A DNA stretch of 64,000 nt from Paramoeba atlantica (GCA_977017575.1 CDRNVI010000188.1:1-64000); one strand, 5' to 3'; numbered from the stretch's first letter, positions 41,702 to 53,106 are shown. Translations and numbers: made by a program. The notes: a model not told the origin generated them from the sequence alone.

Positions 41702-44700
41702 TCAAACTTGAACTTTGTGGACATAAAAATTCAATTCTTTATCTGTCCAACTGAATGAATCAGACTCTGCTTTGAGTTTCCAACAGGGCATATTGGTTGT
41801 CAGTCGAAACTCAGCATTATCACAATCTGCTGCCCTAAAAAAGAAAAGTTGAATTCAAAAACAAGGAAAAAAAAATGATTCAAAAAAAAATTAAACAAGT
41901 TGAAAAAACAATAAAAAAAAAACAAAAAAAAAAACAAACCTAATCATCCTGACTTTTCCGGAATGAAAATCAATCTCACAACTACTCTTCTTCTTGCTCA
42001 TACGTTCAGCACTTTGCCAATAAGGTAATTCAACAAGAGTAATTACATCTGCTCCAATTGGTAAAGTAACCTTCAAAAATCTCGAGAGATTAAAATTCAC
42101 TTCTTCTTGAAATTTCAAATTATTAATAAAAACTTTGGTGACTTCTTTCCATCGAATTGGAGAGTCTGAATCTTCTGCTCTTCCACAAATTAAATCATAA
42201 CTAAAATCAGATCCACAAGAATGTAAAGGTTCTTCAACTCTCCCCGTTCTCTCATAAGAAGGGATTGTAAATGTTCCTCGCAAAAAATATGGGTCCATTT
42301 GCTCTTCTCCTTTTCCCTCTCCTTTTCCTCTCTCTCCTCCTCCTCCACCCTTTTCTTCATCTCTTTCCTTCTCTTCTTCTTTCTTCTCATTTTCACTCTC
42401 ACTCTCTTTTTCTTTCTTTTCCTCTTTTTCAATACATGGAGGAGGAAGACCAGAACCCTTTGGACCAAAAGCATAGTATGAATTAGAAGGAGAATAATGC
42501 AATTTCGAAACCCAATTTTTCATAAAATCTTCAAAATAATTTCTAGAAAAGAGAGAAAGAATGAAAAGGAGAAAGAATGAAAAGGAGATAAGAGAAAGAG
42601 AAAGAAAATACCGATAATAACAAGCCAAATTATGCATATTATTTCGAATTTCTAAACCGTAAATCTTTCGACAATTCGCTAAAAGTCTCAATTGAAAACA
42701 AACTCCACCTTATTTAAATGAAAATATTTTAATTTTTGTTTCTTTCTTTCAATTTTCTTTGTTCTTTCTCTTCTTTCTCTTTTTTCTTTCTCCTTTTTTT
42801 ACTCTAAGAAAAAAACAAGAAAGAAAGTAAACCAATTCCAGAACCAATATCAACAAAAACATCATTTTTGCCAATATTAAAAAAATCAACGATCGATCTG
42901 ACAAACTTTGGGAGAGCTTCTCCATATGCCAACCCAACATGACTTGTGTGAAAGGAAAAAATAATTATTTTATTCAAATTGAAAATCAAAACTGAAAAAA
43001 AGACAAGAAAAAAAACTAAACAAAAACAAAACAAAAACAAAACCAAAAAGAAAATCAAAAAAGAAAATCAGATGTCAAAAATGTCTTATGGAAAAATGGT
43101 GCTTTTTTGTAGAGGATTTTTCCACAGCAAAAAAATACCATTTTCCACAATTCAGCAATGAAAATAAACACTCAAGTGGTGTCTCTCCCCAATTTTGAAT
43201 ACTTTCCTTGCACATAATAAACAAAAAAGAAACACAAAAAAAGAAAAAAAACAAACCATGGATAGTCTTTTATAATCTTGAAATCATTTCGGCAAACGTG
43301 AACAAGAGACACGCTCTCCAGTAAAGAATCAAGAGCATCAGCTGTTTCGAAAAGAGAAGAGATTAATAAAAGGAAAAGAGAGAACAAGAAGAAGGAGAAA
43401 AATTCAAAAGGAAAAAAGAGAAAGAGAAAGAAAAAAGAGATAAAGAAAGAAAGAAAAAGAAAAAAAAGAGAAGAACATTCGATAAATGGACGACAAGGAG
43501 AGAGTTTCTCTCTTAAAGAAGATTTTCGTAAACGAATTGGAGTTGTATTGACATCTAATTCAATACTTTTTTCAATTTGGATATCTTCTTTGAAATCTGT
43601 AAAGAAGACGAGAAGAGAGAAGGAGAAAGGATGTTAGAGAAGTTGTCTTCCTTTTTCTGGTATTCTTTTTCTGTTTTCTTTTCTTTTTCTTTTTTTAACC
43701 TGAAAAAACTTGAGATTTGGGAGGAGATCTCTCTGATGTAATCACATTGTACAAAACGCCTATTTTAAACCCCAAAAAATTAAGTTTAAAAATACAAATC
43801 ATATAAATAAGCATGTTTAAATCCAATAAAATCAAATCTAAAAAAATTCAAAAATTCTACTTCATTTTAATATCTCCAAAAATTAAAAAAAAAAACAAAT
43901 TCAAAAAAACCTGTTTCCTCCAAAAAAGAATCCAACAACAAATCATCAGATCCTCCAAAAAATTCAGAAAATTGTCTTGTTTTCAATGAAACAAATTCGA
44001 TAAAATTTTGTCCATAATTTTGAATTGTTTGACGCGCAATTCCTTTCATCCAAATGACAAATGTCCCATCTGTGTGGGTGTGTATCCTAAAAAAGAGAAG
44101 AGCGAAGAAAAGAGAGGGGAGGGGAGTGAGAAAAAGAGAAGGGGAAAGAGGGAAAAAGAGAGACGAAATTTCAAAAAAAAAAAATAACAGAGAGAAATGA
44201 AAGAAAGAGAAAAGAAAAAAAACGAAGAGAAAAGAAAGAAAGAAAGAGAAAAGAAAGAAAGAAAGAGAAAAGAAAAGAAACTTTTTCGCCCCATCAATAG
44301 AAGAAAGAAAGGGAGTTCGACTACAACTGGTACCATTTGCTCCCCAAGTTGTATGTAAAACACGTATATCTTGAGAGACCATTTCTGATACTTTTGCTTC
44401 TAAAAGAGAGAGAAGAGAGAGAGGGTCTTCCCAGCAACGGCAAGAGACAACAGTTTCTGGGAAAGTTAAGATTAAAATGGGAATAGAGAGAGAGAGAGAA
44501 GAGAAGAGAAGAGAGAAGAGAAAGAAGAGAGAAAAGAGAAAGAGAAACAAAAACCATTTTCTGCTTCCCAAAGAGATCGATGTCTCAAAGCAGAAATAAT
44601 CCATTCTTTTCCTCTCACTTTTTTCTTTCCATTAAATTCGTATCGAAAAAATTTACATTTTCCAATCGCTTTTGAAGCAATTGTTTCCTGTTAGAGAAGA

Positions 44701-47700
44701 GACAAAGAGAAGAAGAGGAGAGAAAGAGAAAGAAGAGAAAGGGAGATAAGAGAAAAAGAGAAGAAGGAAAGACAAAGAAGAGAAAAAGAGAAGAGAGAGA
44801 AGAGAGATCATTTTCCGCCTCTTTTTGAAAAAAGAAGAAAAAACAAAAAGAAGAGAGAAAAAAAATGATAAAACAAAACTGCTGTCGATTTGTCAACGGT
44901 TTGATCTAAATGGATATAAAACTTTGCATTTGGCCATCTAACAGAGAGAAAAGAGAATTGTAAGAGAAGAGAAGAGAGAGAAGGAAAGAAAAGAAGAAAA
45001 GAGAGGAAAGAAGAAAGGAAAGAAAAGAAAGAAAAGACAAAAAAGGAAAGAAAGAAAGAATAGACAAAAAAGGAAAGAAAAGAAAGAAAAGGAAAGAAAG
45101 AAAAGAAAAAGAAAAGAAAAGAAAAAAGAAAAAAAAGACAAACACATCAGCAATTGTTTGAACAAAGACTTTCGCAGACTCAACTTCGTAGGTGTAAATT
45201 TCTTCTCCTCCCCAACGAAATAAACTGAATGAGAAAATTGTATCTTCTTTCTAGAGAGAGAAGAGAGAGAAGAGAGAGAAGAGAGAGAAGAGAGAGAAGA
45301 GAGAGAAGAGAGAGAAGAGAGAAGAGAGAAGAGAGAAAAGGGAGGAAAGAGAGAAACAAAAAGAGTCAGAAACAAAAATGAAAATAAAAAAAATAAAAAA
45401 AATAAAAATAAATAAAAAAAATAAAAGTAAATAAAAAACCTCAAGAGAAAGAGGAGGTTCCATTGGAGGAAGAGAAGAAGGAGAAGAAAGACCCTCACTC
45501 TCACAACCAATATCAAAACAATCACTTGAAGAAGAAAAGAGAGAAGAAGAAGAAGAAGAAGAAGAAGAAGGAGAAGGAGATCCCTCTCTTCTTTTCTCTT
45601 TTCCTCTCTCTCTTCCCTTCTCTTTTCCCTTCTCTCTCTCCCTCTCTCCCCCCTTCTCTCTTCTCCGCTTTTCAAGCTCATTTTTCGCACTCTTTTGAAC
45701 TCTCGTTTTCTTTCTTTGATTTGTCGAACCATTTGAACTCTTTTGTTTCTTCAAAGAAGAAGAAGAAGAAGTTTTTTGATTTTCTTCTTCTTTTGAAATT
45801 TGTTCTTTTTGTTGTTTTAAAGATGCTCTGCGACTTTGGATTCGATCTGAGTAATTGTGGCGGCGATTTGTTGAATTGGTTCTCTTTTCTGTTTTAACAA
45901 AGACAATTAAAGAAGAGAATAAAAAAGGGAAGAAAAGAAAGAAGAGAAAGGAGAGAAGAAAAGGGAAAAAAGAAAAGAGAGTTCAAAAACAAAATGAGAG
46001 TAAAAGAAAAAGAAAAAAAGAAGAACCAAAATAGCAAGAATTAAAAAGAAATAAAATAAAAAAAATAAATAAAAACCTATCGAAGAAGAAATTGATTGCT
46101 GTTGTTGTCCTTGGTGATATTGCTGTTGTACTTGATGTTGTAGTTGATGGAGTTGTAGTTGTAGTTGTTGTTCTTGTTGTTGTCCCTGTTGTTGTTCTTG
46201 TTGCTGCTGCTGCTGTTGTTGTTGAAAATGATTGAGTTGTTGTTGTTGTTGTTGTTGAAATTGGAATATATTATAAACAACCTTACTTTCCCCTTTCCTT
46301 TCTAGATTTTCTCTTTCCCTTTTCTCTTGCAAGAGGATTCTTTTCAGAAGAGATCGTCGAGAGATCATCTCAATTGGAATCGAGTATCTTGGATACACAA
46401 CAGGAGAAACAGAAGAAAAAGAAGGAGAAGAAGGAGAAGAAGAGAGAGAGAGAGAAGAAGAAGAAGAAGAAGACTCCGAACTTTTCGCTCTCTTTAACGC
46501 AGGAGACATTCTCCCCTCATCTTCTCCCCACCCCACCCCCTTTCTTGAATCCTCTCCCCTCCTCCTCTTCTTCTCTCCTCTCCTCTCCTCTCCTCTCTTC
46601 CCCTCCCCCCCTCTCCTCCTCCCCCCTCTCTTTCCCCCCTTTCCTTTCTCTCCCTCCTCTCTCTTCTCCATCGCACCAGAAACAATTCTCAAAGCAATTT
46701 TTGCATCCTCATATTCAATCAAACGAACATAATGTCTTTGGAACCATCCTTCTCCTTCTTTTTTTAAGTGATTTACTCTCTTGTTTTCTGGGTTGGGTTG
46801 TTGTTTTGTCCAGAGTTCCCCTAACCTGTGGTAAAAAAGAGAGGAAAAAAGAAAAGAAAAGAAAAGAGAAGAGAGAGAGAGTTAAATTTCAGAGAGAATA
46901 AAAACAAATGAAATAAACAAACAAGAAAAGAGAGAGAGAGAAAGAAAGAAAAAAGAGAAAGACCAAAAATCAGGGTGATCTCCAGAGAGTTTCTTAATTG
47001 CAAGAAAATCATGTTTTCGAAAAGAGAGCTCGTCTTGATATTCTGCTTTAAAATCCCATAACCCAATCGCAAAACATAAATAATCTTCTTTGACAGGAAA
47101 TGATGGGGGAGAGAGAGGAGAAGAGAGAGGAGTAGAGAGAGGGGTTGAGAGAGGAGTTGAGAGAGGGGTTGAGAGGGGAGTAGAGAGAGGAGTAGAGAGA
47201 GGGGAAGAGAGGAGAGGTGAGGGAAGAGAAGGATTTGATGGAGAGGGGATTGGAAAAGGAGAATGGGAGAGAGGGGAAGAGGAAGAAAGAGAGTGAGTGG
47301 ATTGTGAAAGAGATCGAGATTCGAGAGAAGGAGAAAGCGGGAGAGAAGAAGGAGAGGGAGAAAGAGAGCGTGGGTCATCGAAAGAACTTGATTCTGAGAA
47401 ATATTTTAATCGAGAAGAAAAAAATTGAGAAAGAAAAAGAAAGAAAAAAACAAACTTGGAAAAGAAGAAGAAGAAGAAGAAGACTTGATGGTGTTGGGTT
47501 GAATTTCTTTCTCTTCTTTCTCTTTCTCTTTCTCTCCTTCTTTCTCTCCCTCTTTCTCGGTTTCGCGAAGGTCCATTTCCCGTTTTCCCGCCTCTCCCTC
47601 TCTCCCTCTTTCTTGTTGTTCAACCTCTTCCTCCATTACTAAATCTTCTTCATTCTCTTTTTCTTTTTCAATTCCCATCTCTTGTTCTTCTTCTTTCAAT

Positions 47701-47810
47701 TCTTCCATCTCTTCATCTTCTCCCTTTTTTGTTTCTTCTTTTTCTTCTCCATCTCGATTCTCTTCCTCGCTTCTTGAATCATTGAACTTTTCTCTCTCTC
47801 CACTTTCCAT
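41702..47810 (-). CDS. DOT1: DOT1-like histone H3K79 methyltransferase with a long low-complexity (KE, Ser, polyQ) N-terminus
   Basis: YGEALP...IGKNDVFVDIGSGIG, IYGLEIR, KVFINNLKF and terminal SFSWTDKELNFYVHK (compare DOT1L SVSWT...YYLH). Exons were joined in phase to at least ~44080; the 5' end at 47810 is tentative. Confidence 0.72.
45253..45337. repeat. GA-rich microsatellite (AGAGAGAAG units), intronic
   Basis: Directly visible tandem array. Confidence 0.85.
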
Positions 47811-48020
47811 GATTGAGCCTCCTTTCTTTCTTCCCCTCAATGAAGGAGACTCGATAAGAAAGAAAGAAGGGACCTTGAGAATTAAAGAGAAAGAGAAGGG
47901 AAAGTTTGTTGAAACGAAAGAGAAAGAGAAAGAAAAGAACAAACTTTTTGGATTTTGACTTCAAGAATTTTAGAGTGCTATTTTTTTCTGTTTTTTTCTC
48001 TCTTTTGGTTTTGGGGAAGA

Positions 48021-48485
48021 ATGAGTGGCGAAGAAGAATGGAAAGCAAGAATTTTAGTGAATGAGAATTGGACTTCCCTTGCGAAGGGGTTAAATGGATG
48101 TACTTCGAAAGTGGCCTTCTTAATTCAACAAAAACTTTCTGAAGAAGAACTTGCTCTCCCTTTTGATGGAGCTCTTTATTTCCCTCCAGATGATCTTCGT
48201 TTTTTTCCAACAAAGAGACTTGATGAAGAAGTGGAAAAGTTTGAGAAATTAGTTTCTTTTGTTGGTGGAATTGAAGGAAAATGTTTGGCAATTTGGGCTG
48301 ATAAGAATGATCGGGATATGAAAGATACAATGGTAGAGAAACTTCATTTGAAAGAAAGAAGTTGTGAATGGTATTGGGATTATTTTCGTGATGATGAGAG
48401 GGTTGACGATTTCTACCTTCGAATCGGTAAATTTTTTGAAGAGAATACTCAACAACAATATCAGATTAAACCAGCAAAGAGGTGA
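48021..48485 (+). CDS. Tandem family copy 1: intronless ~155-aa alpha/beta protein ending IKPAKR (putative Ras-fold pseudo-GTPase)
   Basis: Intact ATG-TGA frame; one of seven paralogues spaced ~700 bp apart. Confidence 0.8.
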   Translation: MSGEEEWKARILVNENWTSLAKGLNGCTSKVAFLIQQKLSEEELALPFDGALYFPPDDLRFFPTKRLDEEVEKFEKLVSFVGGIEGKCLAIWADKNDRDMKDTMVEKLHLKERSCEWYWDYFRDDERVDDFYLRIGKFFEENTQQQYQIKPAKR

Positions 48486-48601
48486 ATTTTTCTTTCGGAT
48501 TGATCATTGACTTTGAACTGATTCACCATTTTGAATGTCTTTTCTCTTTGTTGTTTTTGTGTTGAGAAAAAGTTTTGCAAATCATTTTCAAACTTTTTGT
48601 T

Positions 48602-48688
48602 GAAAGAGAAAGAGAAAGAGAAAGAGAAAGAGAAAGAGAAAGAGAAAGAGAAAGAGAAAGAGAAAGAGAAAGAGAAAGAGAAAGAGAA
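48602..48688. repeat. (GAAAGA)n microsatellite expansion in the array spacer
   Basis: About 14 units here versus 2-4 in the other spacers. Confidence 0.9.
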
Positions 48689-48782
48689 GAACAAACTTTT
48701 TAAATTTTGACTTCAAGAATTTTAGAGTGCTATTTTTTTTCTGTTTTTGTTTTCGTTTTCTCTCTTTTGGTTTTGGGGAAGG

Positions 48783-49250
48783 ATGAGCGATGGTGGTGAA
48801 GAGGAATGGAAGGCAAGAATTCTCGTGAACAAGAATTGGACTTCCCTTGTGAAGAGGTTAAATGAAATTACATCGAAAGTGATCTTCTTCACCCAAGAAA
48901 AACTTTCTGAAGAGCTTGTTCTCCCTTTTGATGGAGCTCTTTATTTCCCTCCAGAGGATCTTAGTACTTTTTCAACAGAGCAACTCAATGAAGAAGTGGA
49001 AACATTTGAGAAATTTGTTTGTTTGGTTGGTGGAATTGAAGGAAAGTGTTTGGTAATTGGGGTTGCAGTGGGTGATCGGGATATGAAAGATACAATCGGA
49101 AAGAAACTTCTTTTGAAAGAAAGAAATTGTGAGTGGTTTTGGGATTATATCGATGATGGTGAGAGGATCGAGGTTGCCTACCTTCGAGTCTGTAAATTTT
49201 TTGAAGAGAATACTCAACAACAATGTCAATTCAAACCAGCAAAAAGGTGA
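48783..49250 (+). CDS. Tandem family copy 2 (ends FKPAKR)
   Basis: Intact frame. Confidence 0.8.
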   Translation: MSDGGEEEWKARILVNKNWTSLVKRLNEITSKVIFFTQEKLSEELVLPFDGALYFPPEDLSTFSTEQLNEEVETFEKFVCLVGGIEGKCLVIGVAVGDRDMKDTIGKKLLLKERNCEWFWDYIDDGERIEVAYLRVCKFFEENTQQQCQFKPAKR

Positions 49251-49477
49251 TTTTTATTGATCATCATTTTGAATGAGATTGATTTTGAACTGATTCACCA
49301 TTTTGAATGTCTTTTCTCTTCTTTGTTTTGTGTTGAGGAAAAGTTTTGAAATTTTTTGTTGAAACGAAAGAAAGAGAAAGAAAAGAACAAACTTTTTGGA
49401 TTTTGACTTCAAGATTTTAGAGTGCTATTTTTTTCTGTTTTTTGTTTTCGTTTTCTCTCTTTTGGTTTTGGGAAAGG

Positions 49478-49950
49478 ATGAGTGATGGTGGTGAAGAGGA
49501 ATGGAAAGCAAGAATTCTCGTGAACAAGAATTGGAGTTACCTTTTGTGAGGAGGTTAAATGATCGTACATTGAAAGTGATCTTCTTCAACCAAGAAAAAC
49601 TTTCTGAAGAAGAACTTGTTCTCCCTTTTGATGGAGCTCTTTATTTCCCTCCGGATGATCTTCGTAATCTTTCAACAGAATAACTCAATGAAAAAGTGGA
49701 AAGATTTGAGAAATTTGTTTCTTTTGTTGGTGGACTTGAAGGAAAATGTTTGGCAATTTGGGCTGATAAGAATGATCGGGATATGAAAGATACAATGGTA
49801 GAGAAACTTCGTTTGAAAGAAAGAAATTGTGAATGGTTTTGGGATTATATTGCTGATGACGAGAGGATTGAGGAGGTCTACCTTCGAATCTGTAAATTTT
49901 TTGAAGAGAACACTCATCAACAATGTCAAATCAAACCAGCAAAAAGGTGA
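49478..49950 (+). pseudogene. Tandem family copy 3, disrupted
   Basis: +2 T insertion near 49542 (CCTTTTGTG versus CCTTGTG) and TAA at 49681-49683 where paralogues have a Glu or Gln codon. Confidence 0.75.
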
Positions 49951-50157
49951 TTTTTGTTGATCATCATTTTGAATGAGATTGATTTTGAACTGATTCACCA
50001 TTTTGAATGTCTCTTCTCTTCGTTGTTTTGTGTTGAGAAAAAGTTTTGCAAATCATTTTCAAACGAGAAAGAAAAGAACAAACTTTTTTTATTTTGACTT
50101 CAAGAATTTTAGAGTGCTATTTTTTTCTGTTTTTGTCTCTTTTGGTTTTGGGGAAGA

Positions 50158-50628
50158 ATGGGTGATGGTGGTGAAAAATAATGGAAGGCAAGAATTTTAG
50201 TTAACAAGAATTGGAGTTCCCTTGTGAGGGGGTTAAATGATTGTACATCGAAAGTGATCTTCTTAATCCAAGAAAAACTCTCTGAAGAAGAACTTGCTCT
50301 CCCTTTTGATGGAGCTCTTTATTTCCCTCGAACTGGTATTCGTACTTTTTCAACAGAGCAACTCGATGAAGAAGTGGAAAGATTTGAGAAATTTGTTCGT
50401 TTTGTTGGTGGAATTGAAGGAAAGTGTTTGGGGATTTGGGTTGATAAGAATGATCAGGGTATGAAAGATACAATGTTTGAGAAACTTCGTTTGAAAGAAA
50501 GAGGTTGTGAGTGGTGTTGGGGTTATATCAGTGATGGTGAGACGATCAAGGATGTCTACTATCAAATCTGTAAATTTTTTGAAGAGAATATTCACCAACA
50601 ATGTCAAATCAAACCAGCAAAAAGATGA
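50158..50628 (+). pseudogene. Tandem family copy 4, premature stop at codon 8
   Basis: ATG GGT GAT GGT GGT GAA AAA TAA TGG AAG GCA; paralogues have GAA at the TAA position. Confidence 0.75.
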
Positions 50629-50863
50629 TTTGGATTGATCATCATTTTGAATGAGCTTGATTTTGAACTGATTCACCACCTTGAATGCCTCTTCTCTTGT
50701 TGTTTTTTTTTAAGAAACATTTTGAAATTTTTTGGGTGAAACGAAAGAGAAAGAGAAAGAAAAGAACAATTTTTTGTTTCAATTTTCTTTTTTCCTTTTC
50801 TTTTTCAAGTTATGTGTTTCGTTGAAATGTTGTTGTTCAAAGTTTTTATTTTTGTTTTGGCAG

Positions 50864-50902
50864 AAGAGAGCCAAAAATATCAAACCAGCCAAAAGATCCT
50901 AG
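50864..50902 (+). pseudogene. Orphan terminal exon KRAKNIKPAKRS* with its own acceptor
   Basis: TTTTGGCAG|AAGAGAGCCAAAAATATCAAACCAGCCAAAAGATCCTAG resembles the last intron end and exon of the ankyrin gene at 56097-56150. Confidence 0.6.
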
Positions 50903-51202
50903 AAAGAGAATAAAACAAAAGAATATCTCTCTCTGAAGAATCATCATTTTGCATGAGCTTGATTTTGAAAACCAATGAATCATTTCGAAGTGTTGAGAAA
51001 AGTTTTCAATTTCTTTTCTTTTTTGTTTGAAAGAAAGAAAGAGAAGAAGGAAAGAGAAGAAGAACAACAGACCTTTTCAACGGAAAGTTTGTTGAAAGAG
51101 AAAGAAAGAACAAACTTTTTAGATTTTAATTCTTTAAATTTTAGAGTGCTATTTTTTCTGTTTTTGTTTTCGTTTTCTCTTCTCTTTTAATTTTGGGGAA
51201 GG

Positions 51203-51670
51203 ATGAATGATGGTGGTGAAGAGGAATGGAAGGCAAGAATTTTAGTGGACGAGAATCTGGATTACCTTGTGAAGAGGTTAAATGAAACTACACCGAAAGT
51301 GATCTTCTTAATCCAAGAAAACCTTTCTGAAGAAGAACTTGTTCTCCCTTTTGATGGAGCTCTTTATTTGCCAAAGGATCTTCGTTTTTTTTCAACAAAG
51401 ATACTTGATGAAGAAGTGGAATCATTTGAGAAATTTGTTTCTTTTGTTGATGGACTTGAAGGAAAGTGTTTGGCAATTTGGGCTGATCAGAGTGATCGGG
51501 CAATGGAAGATACAATGGTAGAGAAACTTCGTTTGAAAGAAAGAAATTGTGAGTGGTGTTGGGATTATCTTCATTTTAACGAGAGGAATGATGCTGTCTA
51601 CCTTCGAATCTGTAAATTTTTTGAAGAGAACACTCAACAACAATGTCAAATCAAACCAGCAAAAAGGTGA
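51203..51670 (+). CDS. Tandem family copy 5
   Basis: Intact frame ending QIKPAKR*. Confidence 0.8.
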   Translation: MNDGGEEEWKARILVDENLDYLVKRLNETTPKVIFLIQENLSEEELVLPFDGALYLPKDLRFFSTKILDEEVESFEKFVSFVDGLEGKCLAIWADQSDRAMEDTMVEKLRLKERNCEWCWDYLHFNERNDAVYLRICKFFEENTQQQCQIKPAKR

Positions 51671-51905
51671 TTTTTGTTGATCCTCATTTTGAATGAGATT
51701 CACCATTTTGAATATCTTTTTTCTTTGTTGTTTTGTGTTGAGAAAAAGTTTTGCAATTCATTTTGAAACTTTTTGTTGAAACGAAAGAGAAAGAGAAAGA
51801 GAAAGAAAAGAACAAACTTTTTGGATTTTGACTTCAAGATTTTTAGAGTGCTATTTTTTTCTGTTTTTTGTTTTCGTTTTCTCTCTCTTTTGGTTTTGGG
51901 AAAGG

Positions 51906-52403
51906 ATGAGTGATGGTGGTGAAGAGGAATGGAAGGCAAGAATTTTAGTGAACCTCAATTTGAGTTACCTTGTGAAGAAGTTAAATGGAAGTACATCGAA
52001 AGTGGCTTTCTTCATCCAACAAAAACTCTCTGAAGAAGAACTTGTTTTCCCTTTTGATGGAGCTCTTTATTTCCCTGCAGATGATCTTCGTGCTTTTTCA
52101 ACAGAGGAACTCAATGAAGAAGTGGAAAGATTTGAGAAATTTGTTCGTTTTGTTGATGGAATTGAAGGAAAATGTTTGGGAATTTGGGTTGAGGTGGATG
52201 ATCAGGGTATGAAAGATACAATGGTAGAGAAACTTCGTTTGAAAGAAAGAAATTGTGAGTGGTTTTGGGATTATATTGATGATGGTGAGAGGGTCGAGGA
52301 TCTCTACCTTCGAGTCGGTAAATTTTTTGAAGAGAATACTCACCAACAATGTCAAATTAAACCAGCAAAAAAGGTGATTTTTATTGATCATCATTTTGAA
52401 TGA
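51906..52403 (+). CDS. Tandem family copy 6 (extended tail IKPAKKVIFIDHHFE)
   Basis: One extra A in the run 52367-52372 shifts the stop; this may be a homopolymer error. Confidence 0.75.
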   Translation: MSDGGEEEWKARILVNLNLSYLVKKLNGSTSKVAFFIQQKLSEEELVFPFDGALYFPADDLRAFSTEELNEEVERFEKFVRFVDGIEGKCLGIWVEVDDQGMKDTMVEKLRLKERNCEWFWDYIDDGERVEDLYLRVGKFFEENTHQQCQIKPAKKVIFIDHHFE

Positions 52404-52635
52404 GATTGATTTTGAACTGATTCACCATTTTGAATGTCTTTTCTCTTCATTGTTTTGTGTTGAGAAAAAGTTTTGCATTTCATTTTCAAATTTTTTGTTG
52501 AAACGAAAGAGAAAGAGAAAGGGGAAGAGAAAGAAAAGAAAACAAACTTTTTGGATTTTGACTTCAAGATTTTTAGAGTGCTATTTTTTTCTGTTTTTTG
52601 TTTTCGTTTTCTCTCTCTTTTGGTTTTGGGAAAGG

Positions 52636-53106
52636 ATGAGTGATGGTGGTGAAGAGGAATGGAAGGCAAGAATTCTTGTGAACAAGAATTGGAGTTACCT
52701 TGTGAGGAGGTTAAATGATCGTACATTGAAAGTGATCTTCTTCAACCAAGAAAAACTTTCTGAAGAAGAACTTGTTCTCCCTTTTGATGGAGCTCTTTAT
52801 TTACCTCCGGATGATCTTAGTAATCTTTCAACAGAAGAACTCGATGAAGAAGTGGAAAGATTTGAGAAATTTGTTTCTTTTGTTGGTGGAATTGAAGGAA
52901 AGTGTTTGGCACTTTGGGTTGAGGTGGATAGTCAGGACATGAAAGATACAATGGTAGAGAAACTTCGTTTGAAAGAAAGAAATTGTGAGTGGTTTTGGGA
53001 TTATGTCGATGAGAGCGATAGGGATGGGGATATCTACCTTCGAATCTGTAAATTTTTTGAAGAGAACGCTCATCAAAGTCAGATTAAACCAGCGAAGAGG
53101 ATGTAA
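52636..53106 (+). CDS. Tandem family copy 7 (ends IKPAKRM)
   Basis: Intact frame. Confidence 0.8.
   Translation: MSDGGEEEWKARILVNKNWSYLVRRLNDRTLKVIFFNQEKLSEEELVLPFDGALYLPPDDLSNLSTEELDEEVERFEKFVSFVGGIEGKCLALWVEVDSQDMKDTMVEKLRLKERNCEWFWDYVDESDRDGDIYLRICKFFEENAHQSQIKPAKRM

Noticed and set aside
49681-50181. Two in-frame TAA codons in array copies at positions where paralogues mostly have GAA, suggesting UAA=Glu recoding
   Set aside because: TAA terminates the FHIP, ankyrin (56150), BTB and sulfotransferase genes and was not seen inside conserved exons of USP, RasGEF or pol. Copy 3 also has a frameshift. Pseudogenisation is the simpler explanation.
52367-52403. Novel C-terminal extension of array copy 6
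   Set aside because: It is explained by one additional A in a homopolymer, so it may be an artefact; noted only in the feature.
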